Shown here piece after piece: positions 1 through 7,652 of a DNA stretch of 42,070 nucleotides (position 1 is the stretch's first letter; every line of letters starts with the position of its first letter). Location: positions 1 to 42,070 of the forward strand of contig SICJ01000002.1 in assembly GCA_009691505.1 (NCBI GenBank), in the 5' to 3' direction. Under the pieces are notes generated by a model, which searched no databases, was not told where the DNA came from, and saw only the letters and a list, made by a program, of their open reading frames with translations. The position numbers and the translations under genes were made by a program. The DNA is from Candidatus Parcubacteria bacterium (GTDB taxonomy: Bacteria > Patescibacteriota > Minisyncoccia > Phycocordibacterales > CALRHW01).

Positions 1-10
1 ATGATTTTTG

Positions 11-69
11 AGTGCGCAACCAACGGCGACAATGTGTCGTGTTGCGCACTGTGGCGAGCAAGGGCTCGC
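11..69 (+). other. Two GC-rich stem-loops immediately upstream of tRNA-Asn
   Basis: AGTGCGCAAC (11-20) is the exact reverse complement of GTTGCGCACT (41-50), with an inner CGACA/TGTCG stem. A second hairpin is GCGAGC-aagg-GCTCGC (54-69). No T-run follows. Confidence 0.5.
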
Positions 70-76
70 GCAATAT

Positions 77-148
77 TCCGTGGTAGCTCAGCGGTAGAGC
101 AAGCGACTGTTAATCGCTTGGTCGTAGGTTCGATCCCTACCCACGGAG
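77..148 (+). tRNA. tRNA-Asn (anticodon GTT)
   Basis: Cloverleaf read by hand: acceptor TCCGTGG/CCACGGA, D arm GCTC-AGCGGTA-GAGC, anticodon arm AGCGA-CTGTTAA-TCGCT, T arm GTAGG-TTCGATC-CCTAC, discriminator G. CCA is not encoded. Confidence 0.93.
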
Positions 149-189
149 CCCTTGTTAAGCAAAGTAAAGTATTTTACAGTTTTTTCATA

Positions 190-198
190 TGATATACT
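190..198 (+). promoter_or_regulatory. Extended -10 promoter (TGaTATACT), 6 nt before the GTG start at 205
   Basis: TG-a-TATACT, then aaatca, then GTG. The spacing implies a leaderless or near-leaderless mRNA. Confidence 0.5.
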
Positions 199-204
199 AA
201 ATCA

Positions 205-816
205 GTGATATTGACTCCTGATTTTAAATTTTGGCTCGCTGTGCTTACTTCTATATTAACCATATGGGCTTTTTACGGATATTTTAGAGATATTTTTAAG
301 AAAAAAACAAAACCTCACGTTTATACTTGGTTAGTTTGGTCTATAACACAAGGAACAGCAACTGCCGTTTTAGTTTATGGCGGAGGAGGATATGGGGCAA
401 TGAGTCTTATTGTGAGTACAGTTGTTGTTTTTGTAATATTCCTCCTTTCTTTTAAGTATGGAACAACAAATATAACAACAAGCGATACTATTGTTTTAAT
501 TGCTGCACTTATTGCAATTGCTGTATGGTGGCAATTAAAAAATCCATTACTTACTGTCCTTATAGCTTCCGCAATTGACGGGTTAGGATACATACCAACT
601 TTTAGAAAAACATATCAAGAGCCTTGGAGTGAGACGCTTGCATATTGGCTCAATATGTTTGCCTTGAGTGTTTTGACAATGGTTTCTAATACCGAATATA
701 ATCTTTTAACTCTTACTTATCTAACCGTATTAGCCTTAGCTAATATAACTGTATATCTAATTTGTCTTATACGTAGGAGAGTTGTTCAAAATCCACACAC
801 GCCAAGTCTTTCTTAA
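205..816 (+). CDS. Polytopic membrane protein (about 7 predicted TM helices) with an internal repeat; PQ-loop/SWEET-like topology is a guess
   Basis: Hydrophobic segments run through the whole 203-aa ORF. Two loop motifs look related: GYFRDIFKKKTKPHVYTWLVW and GYIPTFRKTYQEPWSETLAYWL. No family identified with certainty. Confidence 0.6.
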   Translation: MILTPDFKFWLAVLTSILTIWAFYGYFRDIFKKKTKPHVYTWLVWSITQGTATAVLVYGGGGYGAMSLIVSTVVVFVIFLLSFKYGTTNITTSDTIVLIAALIAIAVWWQLKNPLLTVLIASAIDGLGYIPTFRKTYQEPWSETLAYWLNMFALSVLTMVSNTEYNLLTLTYLTVLALANITVYLICLIRRRVVQNPHTPSLS

Positions 817-840
817 TACTTACCCAATCCAAAGTTCTAA

Positions 841-1068
841 ACGTATCCAACCACGGGAGCCAAACTTTCAACCTTATTCTTCAACACACATTTTTCATAT
901 CCTAAAACTGATGGATATTGTTTACCGATTCTGGATATATTTTACAAAAAAGTATTTGAGTCTGGTTATGTAAGCACGGCTCTATTCTTACCAGATTGGC
1001 AAAGTTCTAAAGGGGCAACTTGGGAGAGAAAATTAGTTTCAGATTTAGGAATTAAAATGTATAATTAA
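841..1068 (+). pseudogene. Start-less remnant resembling the C-terminus of a DUF4406 / nucleoside 2-deoxyribosyltransferase-like protein
   Basis: An open frame follows TAA at 838-840 and has no ATG/GTG/TTG start. It translates as ...FNTHFSYPKTDGYCLPILDIFYKKVFESGYVSTALFLPDWQSSKGATWERKLVSDLGIKMYN*. The family assignment is from memory of the LxGWxxSxGAxxE motif only. Confidence 0.35.
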
Positions 1069-1297
1069 ATGATTATTAATTAACTTAAATAAAAATATGG
1101 GAAAAGGAAACAACGCTCAGAGAAAAGAAAAGAAGAAAGCAAAAAAAGTTAAGAAATAAGAAATAAGAAAGTTAATACTCGCATGTATTTACATCTCTAA
1201 ACACTCATTGCCACGTACGGCTATGTAGAGGTTTTTTTCTTTATAATTAGTCATATTATAAAAAGAATATTTAAAGATGTCGTGGACAAAGATAGGG

Positions 1298-1306
1298 TGC
1301 TATAAT
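1298..1306 (+). promoter_or_regulatory. Extended -10 promoter (TGcTATAAT), 6 nt before the ATG at 1313
   Basis: TGcTATAAT, then gagtag, then ATG. Confidence 0.55.
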
Positions 1307-1312
1307 GAGTAG

Positions 1313-2188
1313 ATGTTACCGCAGACGAACCCAAAAAAGCTTAGCGTAATAGTTTTATGTGTCGTGCTTTTATCTATATTGGTTTTTGGATTTTACAAAT
1401 ATTACGTAGTCGCGATTAAATTAATAGAAACAGAAAAAGAATTAGCTAGCACAATCGAAAACTTTAAATTGTTTCAACAAAAAGTTTTCGAGCTTCAAGC
1501 CAGTCTTTTACAACTGTCACAAGATAAAGAAAATCAATCCAAAGCGTATCAAGATGAACTCAAAGATGCAGATAAAAAAGTGCAAGATCTTAAAAAATTA
1601 ACCGAAACAGATCCACAGCTTTTAGCTAAGTATTCAAAAGTATATTTTTTAAATGAAAATTATGCTCCACCAAGCCTCGTTTCAATTGATGAAAAATATT
1701 TGGACGATACAAGTAAACCACAAGAAATTCATAAGGAGGTAGAGAAATATTTGAAGAGAATGCTTGGTAGGGCACTGAGAAGTGGAATAAAATTAACAGT
1801 AACTTCTGCGTATCGTTCTTTTTCAGACCAGTTTTCTTTAAAAGCAGGTTACAAGGTCACTTATGGCGCGGGCACAGCAAATCAATTTTCAGCAGAGCAA
1901 GGATACTCTGAGCATCAGCTCGGTACGACGGTAGACTTAAATTATGCAAGCACCACGGCTTTTGTAAACTTTGAAAACTCAGACGCCTATAAATGGCTTC
2001 TTGATAACGCATATAAATACGGTTTTGTGATTTCATATCCAAAAGGCAATGTTTATTATCAATTTGAGCCATGGCACTGGAGATTTGTCGGTTTAGAATT
2101 AGCACACGATTTGCACGAGGACGATCAATATTTCTACGACTTAAGTCAGCGTGATATAAACAAGTATCTTTTAAACTTTTTTGATTAA
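1313..2188 (+). CDS. D-alanyl-D-alanine carboxypeptidase, VanY/peptidase M15B family, with N-terminal TM anchor and coiled coil
   Basis: Motifs SAYRSFSDQ, SEHQLGTTVDL and EPWHWRF match the M15B zinc-peptidase signature. Confidence 0.85.
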   Translation: MLPQTNPKKLSVIVLCVVLLSILVFGFYKYYVVAIKLIETEKELASTIENFKLFQQKVFELQASLLQLSQDKENQSKAYQDELKDADKKVQDLKKLTETDPQLLAKYSKVYFLNENYAPPSLVSIDEKYLDDTSKPQEIHKEVEKYLKRMLGRALRSGIKLTVTSAYRSFSDQFSLKAGYKVTYGAGTANQFSAEQGYSEHQLGTTVDLNYASTTAFVNFENSDAYKWLLDNAYKYGFVISYPKGNVYYQFEPWHWRFVGLELAHDLHEDDQYFYDLSQRDINKYLLNFFD

Positions 2189-2201
2189 ATGTCAGATTGT
2201 T

Positions 2202-2210
2202 TGATATAAT
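2202..2210 (+). promoter_or_regulatory. Extended -10 promoter (TGaTATAAT), 6 nt before the ATG at 2217
   Basis: TGaTATAAT, then gataat, then ATG. Confidence 0.55.
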
Positions 2211-2216
2211 GATAAT

Positions 2217-2591
2217 ATGAAAATAAATACAAAAGCAAAAAATATAACGATTTCTGCGGAGACTTCAGATTATTTAATAAAAAAACTTGCGACTTTGGAC
2301 AAGATTGTAAATGACGATGAAATGCTTTGCGAAGTAGAGCTTGGAAGAGAATCAATGCATCACGCAAATGGCGATGTCTTTCGTGCGGAAATAAATTGCA
2401 GTTCAAAAGGGAAAAATTATTTTACTGTCGCTACCGAACAATCACTTCATGGCGCGATAGACATTATGAAAGACGAGCTTCTGCGGGAGATAAAATCTTA
2501 TAAATCGCGACAAAAAACACTTTTGCGACGTGGAGGAGCAAAAATAAAAAATATACTTAAAGGTCTTTATCCTTTTAAAAAATCAAGGTAA
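2217..2591 (+). CDS. hpf: Ribosome hibernation promoting factor / RaiA family (S30EA)
   Basis: The N-terminus MKINTKAKNITISAETSDYLIKKL... and the length are typical of short HPF/RaiA proteins. The 3' end overlaps the fmt 3' end by 25 nt. Confidence 0.75.
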   Translation: MKINTKAKNITISAETSDYLIKKLATLDKIVNDDEMLCEVELGRESMHHANGDVFRAEINCSSKGKNYFTVATEQSLHGAIDIMKDELLREIKSYKSRQKTLLRRGGAKIKNILKGLYPFKKSR

Positions 2592-3427
2592 CTAGTTTCT
2601 TTTTTTCCTTCAGGAATTACTCTTTTTATTTTAAGTACGCCATCTACTATTTCAGCATCGGTGATTATTACGCGTATTTCTTTATTTCTTTTGTGAGTGA
2701 AAAAATACGCACTAGGCCAGACGTTGTATGCTTTTATTTTCCGTAGGTTTTTTTCTGCATTGTCTTCTAGTGAAATAAGCCCGTCTGCTTTTTCTATTTT
2801 TTTTGTAAATGTCGCCGTGTTGTGGTCTTGCTCTTTTTCTATGATTTTTCCTGCGATCCAATCAGGTAAAATTTCTGCGAGGAGTAAGCCACTTTCCTTA
2901 CCGAGAAGTGTTTCGAGCTCGTCGTATTTTGGTGGCCATTTTTCTGTCGCGATGATTTTTTGCGCAACGATAGGGCCGTGATCCATTTTTTCATCCAGTC
3001 TGATAATGGTGACCCCTGTTTCATTTTCCGTGAGTATCGCGGTTTGAATAGGGGACGAGCCACGAAGTTTTGGTAAAAGAGAGGGGTGAATATTGAGGGT
3101 TTTATGTGTTGGTATGTCTAGTATGCTCTGCGGGATAATTTTACCGTATGAAGCTACTATAAATACGTCGGAAGCGCGCGAGCGTAGCTCGCGCGCGAGT
3201 TCCGTTACCACCACCTCATTTTTTAAATTTTCTGGCTGTAAAAAATCCACCTTATTCTCAAGAGCCCACACCTTTACCTGCGACGGAGTTATTTTTAATT
3301 TTCGTCCACTTGGTTTATCAGGAGTCGTTATTATCTGCGCAGGTATCAAACCTTTTTCTTTTAGCGCATTCAATACGTGTACCGAAAACTCTGATGTACC
3401 AAAAAAAGTGAAAGAAATATTTTTCAT
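2567..3427 (-). CDS. fmt: Methionyl-tRNA formyltransferase
   Basis: N-terminal FFGTSEFSV, the NIHPSLLPKLRGSSPIQ formyltransferase core, and synteny with def. Confidence 0.92.
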   Translation of the reverse strand: MKNISFTFFGTSEFSVHVLNALKEKGLIPAQIITTPDKPSGRKLKITPSQVKVWALENKVDFLQPENLKNEVVVTELARELRSRASDVFIVASYGKIIPQSILDIPTHKTLNIHPSLLPKLRGSSPIQTAILTENETGVTIIRLDEKMDHGPIVAQKIIATEKWPPKYDELETLLGKESGLLLAEILPDWIAGKIIEKEQDHNTATFTKKIEKADGLISLEDNAEKNLRKIKAYNVWPSAYFFTHKRNKEIRVIITDAEIVDGVLKIKRVIPEGKKETSYLDFLKG

Positions 3428-3445
3428 ATTTTAATCTGTTCAAGT

Positions 3446-3958
3446 TTAATTTTCAGGAGGCAGGTCTTGCACGTCCACCGCCGTGTCTATAAAAAGCACG
3501 CCATTTAAATGGTCAGTTTCGTGTTGGAAGATTTGCGCAAGAATTCCAGAACCACCTTTTGTAAAACGTTTTCCATTTTCATCGTATGCTTCCACCATTG
3601 CTTTTTGAAAGCGTTTCACTTTTCCGTATAGGTATCGCACACTGAGGCATCCCTCGTCCATCATTTTTGTAGATTTAGATAGTTTTGTAATTTTTGGATT
3701 GATAAAAACCATATCTTCGTATTTTTTAATATCCCCATCTTTTTTTTCCATACCAAAAACCTTATTTGATATCACAAAAATCCGCAACAGTTCTCCTATC
3801 TGTGGCGCAGCTATGGCAACACCGTCATCTTGTGACACGAGTGATTTTTTCATTGCGGAAATTATCTTTTGCACTTTTGCAGAAGTAATCTCTTTTACAG
3901 GCACTTCAAGAGATTTTTTTCTAAGCAAGGGGTCATTTTTTTGCAAAATTTTTGGCAT
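3446..3958 (-). CDS. def: Peptide deformylase
   Basis: The three PDF motifs are present: GVAIAAPQIG, EGCLS and HETDHL. Confidence 0.95.
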   Translation of the reverse strand: MPKILQKNDPLLRKKSLEVPVKEITSAKVQKIISAMKKSLVSQDDGVAIAAPQIGELLRIFVISNKVFGMEKKDGDIKKYEDMVFINPKITKLSKSTKMMDEGCLSVRYLYGKVKRFQKAMVEAYDENGKRFTKGGSGILAQIFQHETDHLNGVLFIDTAVDVQDLPPEN

Positions 3959-3974
3959 TTTTCTTAATTATATA

Positions 3975-5879
3975 CTACAAAACGCTCTCTGGGTCTACTT
4001 TTATCATAAATTGTGGAGGAAGAGAGCGCAGAGTTTTCAGCACATTTTTGTCTACCCACTTTCCTTCTGGGATTTTTATAAGAGCGTGCATTACGTGTTT
4101 TCCACGTACTTTATTTGTAAAAGCCTCAAAAATATCCGTTTCAAATGGCGTGAAAAGTGCTGGTAGTTTTTGCATCTCTTTTTCCACAGCTTTTTTCTCA
4201 CCTTGTAGCGTGATTTTTATAAATACTGAAAATGGCGGATAACCAAAAGATTTTCTTTCTTCTATTTCATCTCTATAAAAATCCACTAGGTTGCCTTTAA
4301 ATGCGTAATCAAATATTTTTTCCTCGGGGTTGCGAGTTTGCAAAACAAAATTTTCTTGTGTCATAGAGCGAATCTTGAGCATTATGGAAAGCACCTTTTC
4401 TCTCATGCGAAAATCAGGCACAGAAAAAAGCGCGTCAATTGAAGCCACTGCAGAGTTTTCTATTTTTTTAGATAAATATAAAAGCGCCATTTCTGTACCG
4501 ATGAGCACGCTTCCGGGTGTATTATAAAATTTATTTACAATATTAAGTGCTTTTTTGTGCGTCCCTGCATTTTCCGAATCAATCCTAAAAATTTTTACAT
4601 CTGGATATTTTATACGCAATCCTTTCTCTACGAGCTCAATACCTACGCCGAGCGTAACCAGTTTCCAGCTTGTGCAGTGTTTACATTTTTCTTTTGCGTC
4701 ACGACGTTTACCGCAAGTAGGGCATTGAAAAAAGTTTTCGCTCATAGGAGCATTGCCTGCGTGAAGTACGACAGGTGTACTGCACACACTACAAGTCGCA
4801 ACGGTGCCACAGTCTCCGCAAAGTGTCAGTGGCGCAAGCCCTTTTCGCACACAAAAAATAAAAAGATTTTCATTTTTTTCTTTATTCCACTCTACAAGTT
4901 TCTCTAGTTCTTTTGAAACAGCGCTAAAAGCAACACCCTTTTCGTCTGCATTTTTTCTGGTATCTATTATGATTTGTTTTGCGTTCGTTGTAGATCTAAA
5001 TTTTATAGGAGAAAATTCAATATACTCATCATTTTTAAGTCGCCACATTGTTTCGGTACGAATAAGCATATCTCCCATTAGTAGTCGCGCTTTTATTCTT
5101 TTTGTATAAAATTGAGCAAATGTTCTGATGTCTAAAAAAGGTCTAAAGGGAATTTTGTAGGCACGCGAACCTTCGCGTTCAAGAATTATCGTGCCGATAT
5201 TTTGATGAGGAACACAAAAATATTGCCCTGTCGCAATGATGAGCGCGGGATGGGTTTCCTTTGCAAGTTTATTCCACAGCTCGCTCAACTCTTTCTTTTT
5301 TAAATTACCATGAAATACATAAGCATATTGCTCAATTCCTTTTTCTAATGTATGTTGTGCTCGTTTTACGTCTTCAATTGTAGGTAAACATACAAAAACA
5401 GATAAACCTCTCGCAAACTCTTCACGAATAAGACTTTTGTAGTTTGCAAATCTTTCTTCATCGTCGGCTTGAAGGACGAGCTGTTCTGAGTTGTTTTTTT
5501 GGAGTAAATCCTTACTGGTCGCGGTCTCAAAAGTTACACTGTTTAAATTATTTAAAACTGCAGAGGGAATGAGAGTGTTTAGCACACTTCCGGTAGAAGA
5601 TGCAAAATATTCCGCAGTTTCTTTGGCAGTTTCTATAAAAGCTTCCGTTAAAAATTGATGAGCTTCTATGTGCTCCATTTTTCGCAGTGCAAAACTCGCA
5701 GATTTTATTTCAGATTTTGCTGTGGAAACATCCTCTTTTTCCACGACGATAGCGTGAATCATTTTTTTTCGCAGTGGTACTAGAACTATTTTTCCAAGCT
5801 CTACATCTGTCGCAGTAAAATATGAAAGGCGGTCAAGCAAAATTCCTTTTGAAATTGGTATGACGTGAATAATTTTCAT
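3975..5879 (-). CDS. priA: Primosomal protein N' (PriA) homolog with degenerate ATPase motifs
   Basis: PriA-like overall architecture and Cys cluster (CGDCG...CSVCS...CPTCG...CKHC). The positions aligned to Walker A, DEEH, motif III and motif VI read QADDEERFANY, LEREGS, LMGDMLI and SIMLKIRS. Confidence 0.8.
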   Translation of the reverse strand: MKIIHVIPISKGILLDRLSYFTATDVELGKIVLVPLRKKMIHAIVVEKEDVSTAKSEIKSASFALRKMEHIEAHQFLTEAFIETAKETAEYFASSTGSVLNTLIPSAVLNNLNSVTFETATSKDLLQKNNSEQLVLQADDEERFANYKSLIREEFARGLSVFVCLPTIEDVKRAQHTLEKGIEQYAYVFHGNLKKKELSELWNKLAKETHPALIIATGQYFCVPHQNIGTIILEREGSRAYKIPFRPFLDIRTFAQFYTKRIKARLLMGDMLIRTETMWRLKNDEYIEFSPIKFRSTTNAKQIIIDTRKNADEKGVAFSAVSKELEKLVEWNKEKNENLFIFCVRKGLAPLTLCGDCGTVATCSVCSTPVVLHAGNAPMSENFFQCPTCGKRRDAKEKCKHCTSWKLVTLGVGIELVEKGLRIKYPDVKIFRIDSENAGTHKKALNIVNKFYNTPGSVLIGTEMALLYLSKKIENSAVASIDALFSVPDFRMREKVLSIMLKIRSMTQENFVLQTRNPEEKIFDYAFKGNLVDFYRDEIEERKSFGYPPFSVFIKITLQGEKKAVEKEMQKLPALFTPFETDIFEAFTNKVRGKHVMHALIKIPEGKWVDKNVLKTLRSLPPQFMIKVDPESVL

Positions 5880-5896
5880 ATTTTTTTAATACCCAT

Positions 5897-7420
5897 TTAA
5901 TTATCTCGCAAAATTTTTACTTTCGCACCGATACTACATAGTCTTTTTATGATATCTTCGTAGCCACGATTTATACTATATATGTTGCGAAGTATTGATT
6001 TGCCACTTGCCCCCAGCATTCCTATGAGAATAATAGCGCCAGGACGTAGAGCGGGCGGACAAATAACCTCCGCTGATTTCAATTTTGTCGGCCCAGTAAT
6101 ATATAGTCGGTGTGGATCTACGAGATTTGTATTTGCTCCGAGTTTGTCTATGTCCTTCATGTAAATTGCGCGCTTTTCATAAGCCCAATCGTGGATGAAA
6201 GTTGTGCCTGTCGCCTGTGTTGCAATGATTGCAAAAAAAGGAAGATTGTCCATGTTGAGTCCTGGGTAGGGTCGGCACTCTATTTTTTCTTCAAGGGCGG
6301 TGAGTTTGGATGGAAAAGTTGTGATGTCTACAAGGTCGGTGTATTCATTTAATGCTTTGTATTTTTCGCTTCTTTTATATTTGAACCCCATTTTTTCTAG
6401 TTTAAGTAATTCAATTTCCAAAAAATCTATTGGACAACGTTTGATGATGATAGAAGAATTTGTGACGATGGCTGCCGCAAGAAAAAACATAGATTCAATA
6501 GGATCTTCCATAAGATAATATGTGACAGGTGTATTTATATTTTCTACTCCATAAATAGTGATATTTGTAGTACCTATACCTTCTACCTTTACCCCACATT
6601 TTTCTAAAAATAGACAAACTTCTTGTCCCATATAATTTGCTGATGCAAATTTAATAACGGTCTTGCCTGGGATAAGCGCCGCCGCCATTATTGCATTTTC
6701 TGTCACGGTGTCTCCAGATTCATATAGCACTATTTCCGCAGGTCTTAGTTTTGATGACGATATTTCATAGTTATCTTTGTTTGTTTTTATATTTACACCA
6801 AGTTTTTCTAACGCGAAAAAATGAGGACGCACAGTGCGTGAACCCAGGTTGCATCCACCTGGTTGAGGAATCTTAAAATTTTTTAGGTTGTGGATAAGCG
6901 GTCCGATAAGCATAATAATACTTCGTGTTTTTCCCGCCGCAGCGCCGTCTATATTTTTTATTGCAAAAGTTTTTGGAGGTTTTATTTCTACGTCGTTGCC
7001 GTGCCACTTTACATTTACGCCGATACTTTCAAACACTTCAATCATTCTATACACCTCCTCTATTTTCGGGACGTTTTTTATTGTCGTCGTGTTGGTATTG
7101 AGCAGGGAAGAACAGAGTATTCCCATCGCTCCGTTTTTAGAAGTTTTAGTAACGATTTCTCCTGAAAGTTTTCTACCGCCCTCTATTTCAATATTTAACG
7201 CGCCAGTTGAAAGTGTGACGATGTCGCGATTGAGCGCGTCACTGATTTTTGAAATCATTTCTGTGGTCAGGTTTTGCTCACCTTTTTCAATACGCGCCAC
7301 AGCGCTTTGCGTTGTGCCGAGTTTTTTTGCAAACTCTGCTTGTGTAATTCCTCGTTCTTCGCGAAGCGTCTGCGCCAGTTTTCCTATGTGTGCAAATTTT
7401 TTGTTGGCATTTTTGGGCAT
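5897..7420 (-). CDS. murA: XRE-family HTH domain fused to UDP-N-acetylglucosamine 1-carboxyvinyltransferase (MurA)
   Basis: Residues about 10-66 (LREERGITQAEFAKKLGTTQSAVARIEKGEQNLT) form a classic Cro/C1 HTH. The rest aligns with MurA, including the catalytic-Cys loop PQPGGCNLGSRTVRPH. Confidence 0.88.
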   Translation of the reverse strand: MPKNANKKFAHIGKLAQTLREERGITQAEFAKKLGTTQSAVARIEKGEQNLTTEMISKISDALNRDIVTLSTGALNIEIEGGRKLSGEIVTKTSKNGAMGILCSSLLNTNTTTIKNVPKIEEVYRMIEVFESIGVNVKWHGNDVEIKPPKTFAIKNIDGAAAGKTRSIIMLIGPLIHNLKNFKIPQPGGCNLGSRTVRPHFFALEKLGVNIKTNKDNYEISSSKLRPAEIVLYESGDTVTENAIMAAALIPGKTVIKFASANYMGQEVCLFLEKCGVKVEGIGTTNITIYGVENINTPVTYYLMEDPIESMFFLAAAIVTNSSIIIKRCPIDFLEIELLKLEKMGFKYKRSEKYKALNEYTDLVDITTFPSKLTALEEKIECRPYPGLNMDNLPFFAIIATQATGTTFIHDWAYEKRAIYMKDIDKLGANTNLVDPHRLYITGPTKLKSAEVICPPALRPGAIILIGMLGASGKSILRNIYSINRGYEDIIKRLCSIGAKVKILRDN

Positions 7421-7446
7421 TTTGATTTATTTAAATAATTTTTTGT

Positions 7447-7455
7447 ATTATAACA
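7447..7455 (-). promoter_or_regulatory. Extended -10 (TGtTATAAT on the minus strand) for HTH-murA
   Basis: The minus strand reads TGtTATAAT followed by a 26-nt A-rich leader with no SD. A possible -35 (TTGATT) lies inside the left arm of the 7469-7601 palindrome. Confidence 0.45.
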
Positions 7456-7459
7456 TATA

Positions 7460-7468
7460 TGCTATAAT
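7460..7468 (+). promoter_or_regulatory. Extended -10 (TGcTATAAT) pointing into the palindromic element
   Basis: A consensus extended -10. The predicted transcription start, near 7475, falls a few nt inside the left arm. Confidence 0.45.
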
Positions 7469-7601
7469 AAATCAAAACATTAATAAAAAGCCTGTGCTTT
7501 CAGAGCACGCGTAAAAATCTGCTGATTTTTCTGCTCCGCTCGGCGCCGACGCGCCTGCGCGAGTCTCTTCAAGCACAGGCTTTTTATTAATGTTTTGATT
7601 T
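7469..7601. repeat. Palindromic element A: perfect 31-bp inverted repeat around a 71-nt core with an AT hairpin and a GC hairpin
   Basis: 7469-7499 is the exact reverse complement of 7571-7601. Inner stems are AAAAATC/GATTTTT (7513-7530) and CGC-tc-GGCGC...GCGCC-t-GCG (7537-7559). Confidence 0.9.
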
Positions 7602-7652
7602 CTTTAAACATTTGTCAATCTTCCCAAACTCCCTTATGATATGCTTATCTTT

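Noticed and set aside
1-192. 63-aa ORF at the 5' edge
   Set aside because: It is read straight through tRNA-Asn (77-148) and the GC-rich hairpins. There is no coding signal.
1097-1159. 20-codon Lys-rich ORF (MGKGNNAQRKEKKKAKKVKK) with a weak TTAAAT-N6-ATG context and a possible hairpin plus T-run downstream
   Set aside because: It is too short and too low-complexity to call in an A-rich spacer. It is kept only as something ribosome profiling or conservation analysis could revisit.
6888-7514. Long antisense ORFs opposite murA (208 aa), mreB2 (13194-13652), yqeY (30058-30561), mraZ (19698-20171; 19906-20298) and the cassette ORF (19279-19713)
   Set aside because: Each lies fully inside, or opposite, a gene with strong family signatures. 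Their translations are low-complexity (Ser/Phe/Ile-rich or Arg/Pro-rich), as is typical of shadow ORFs.
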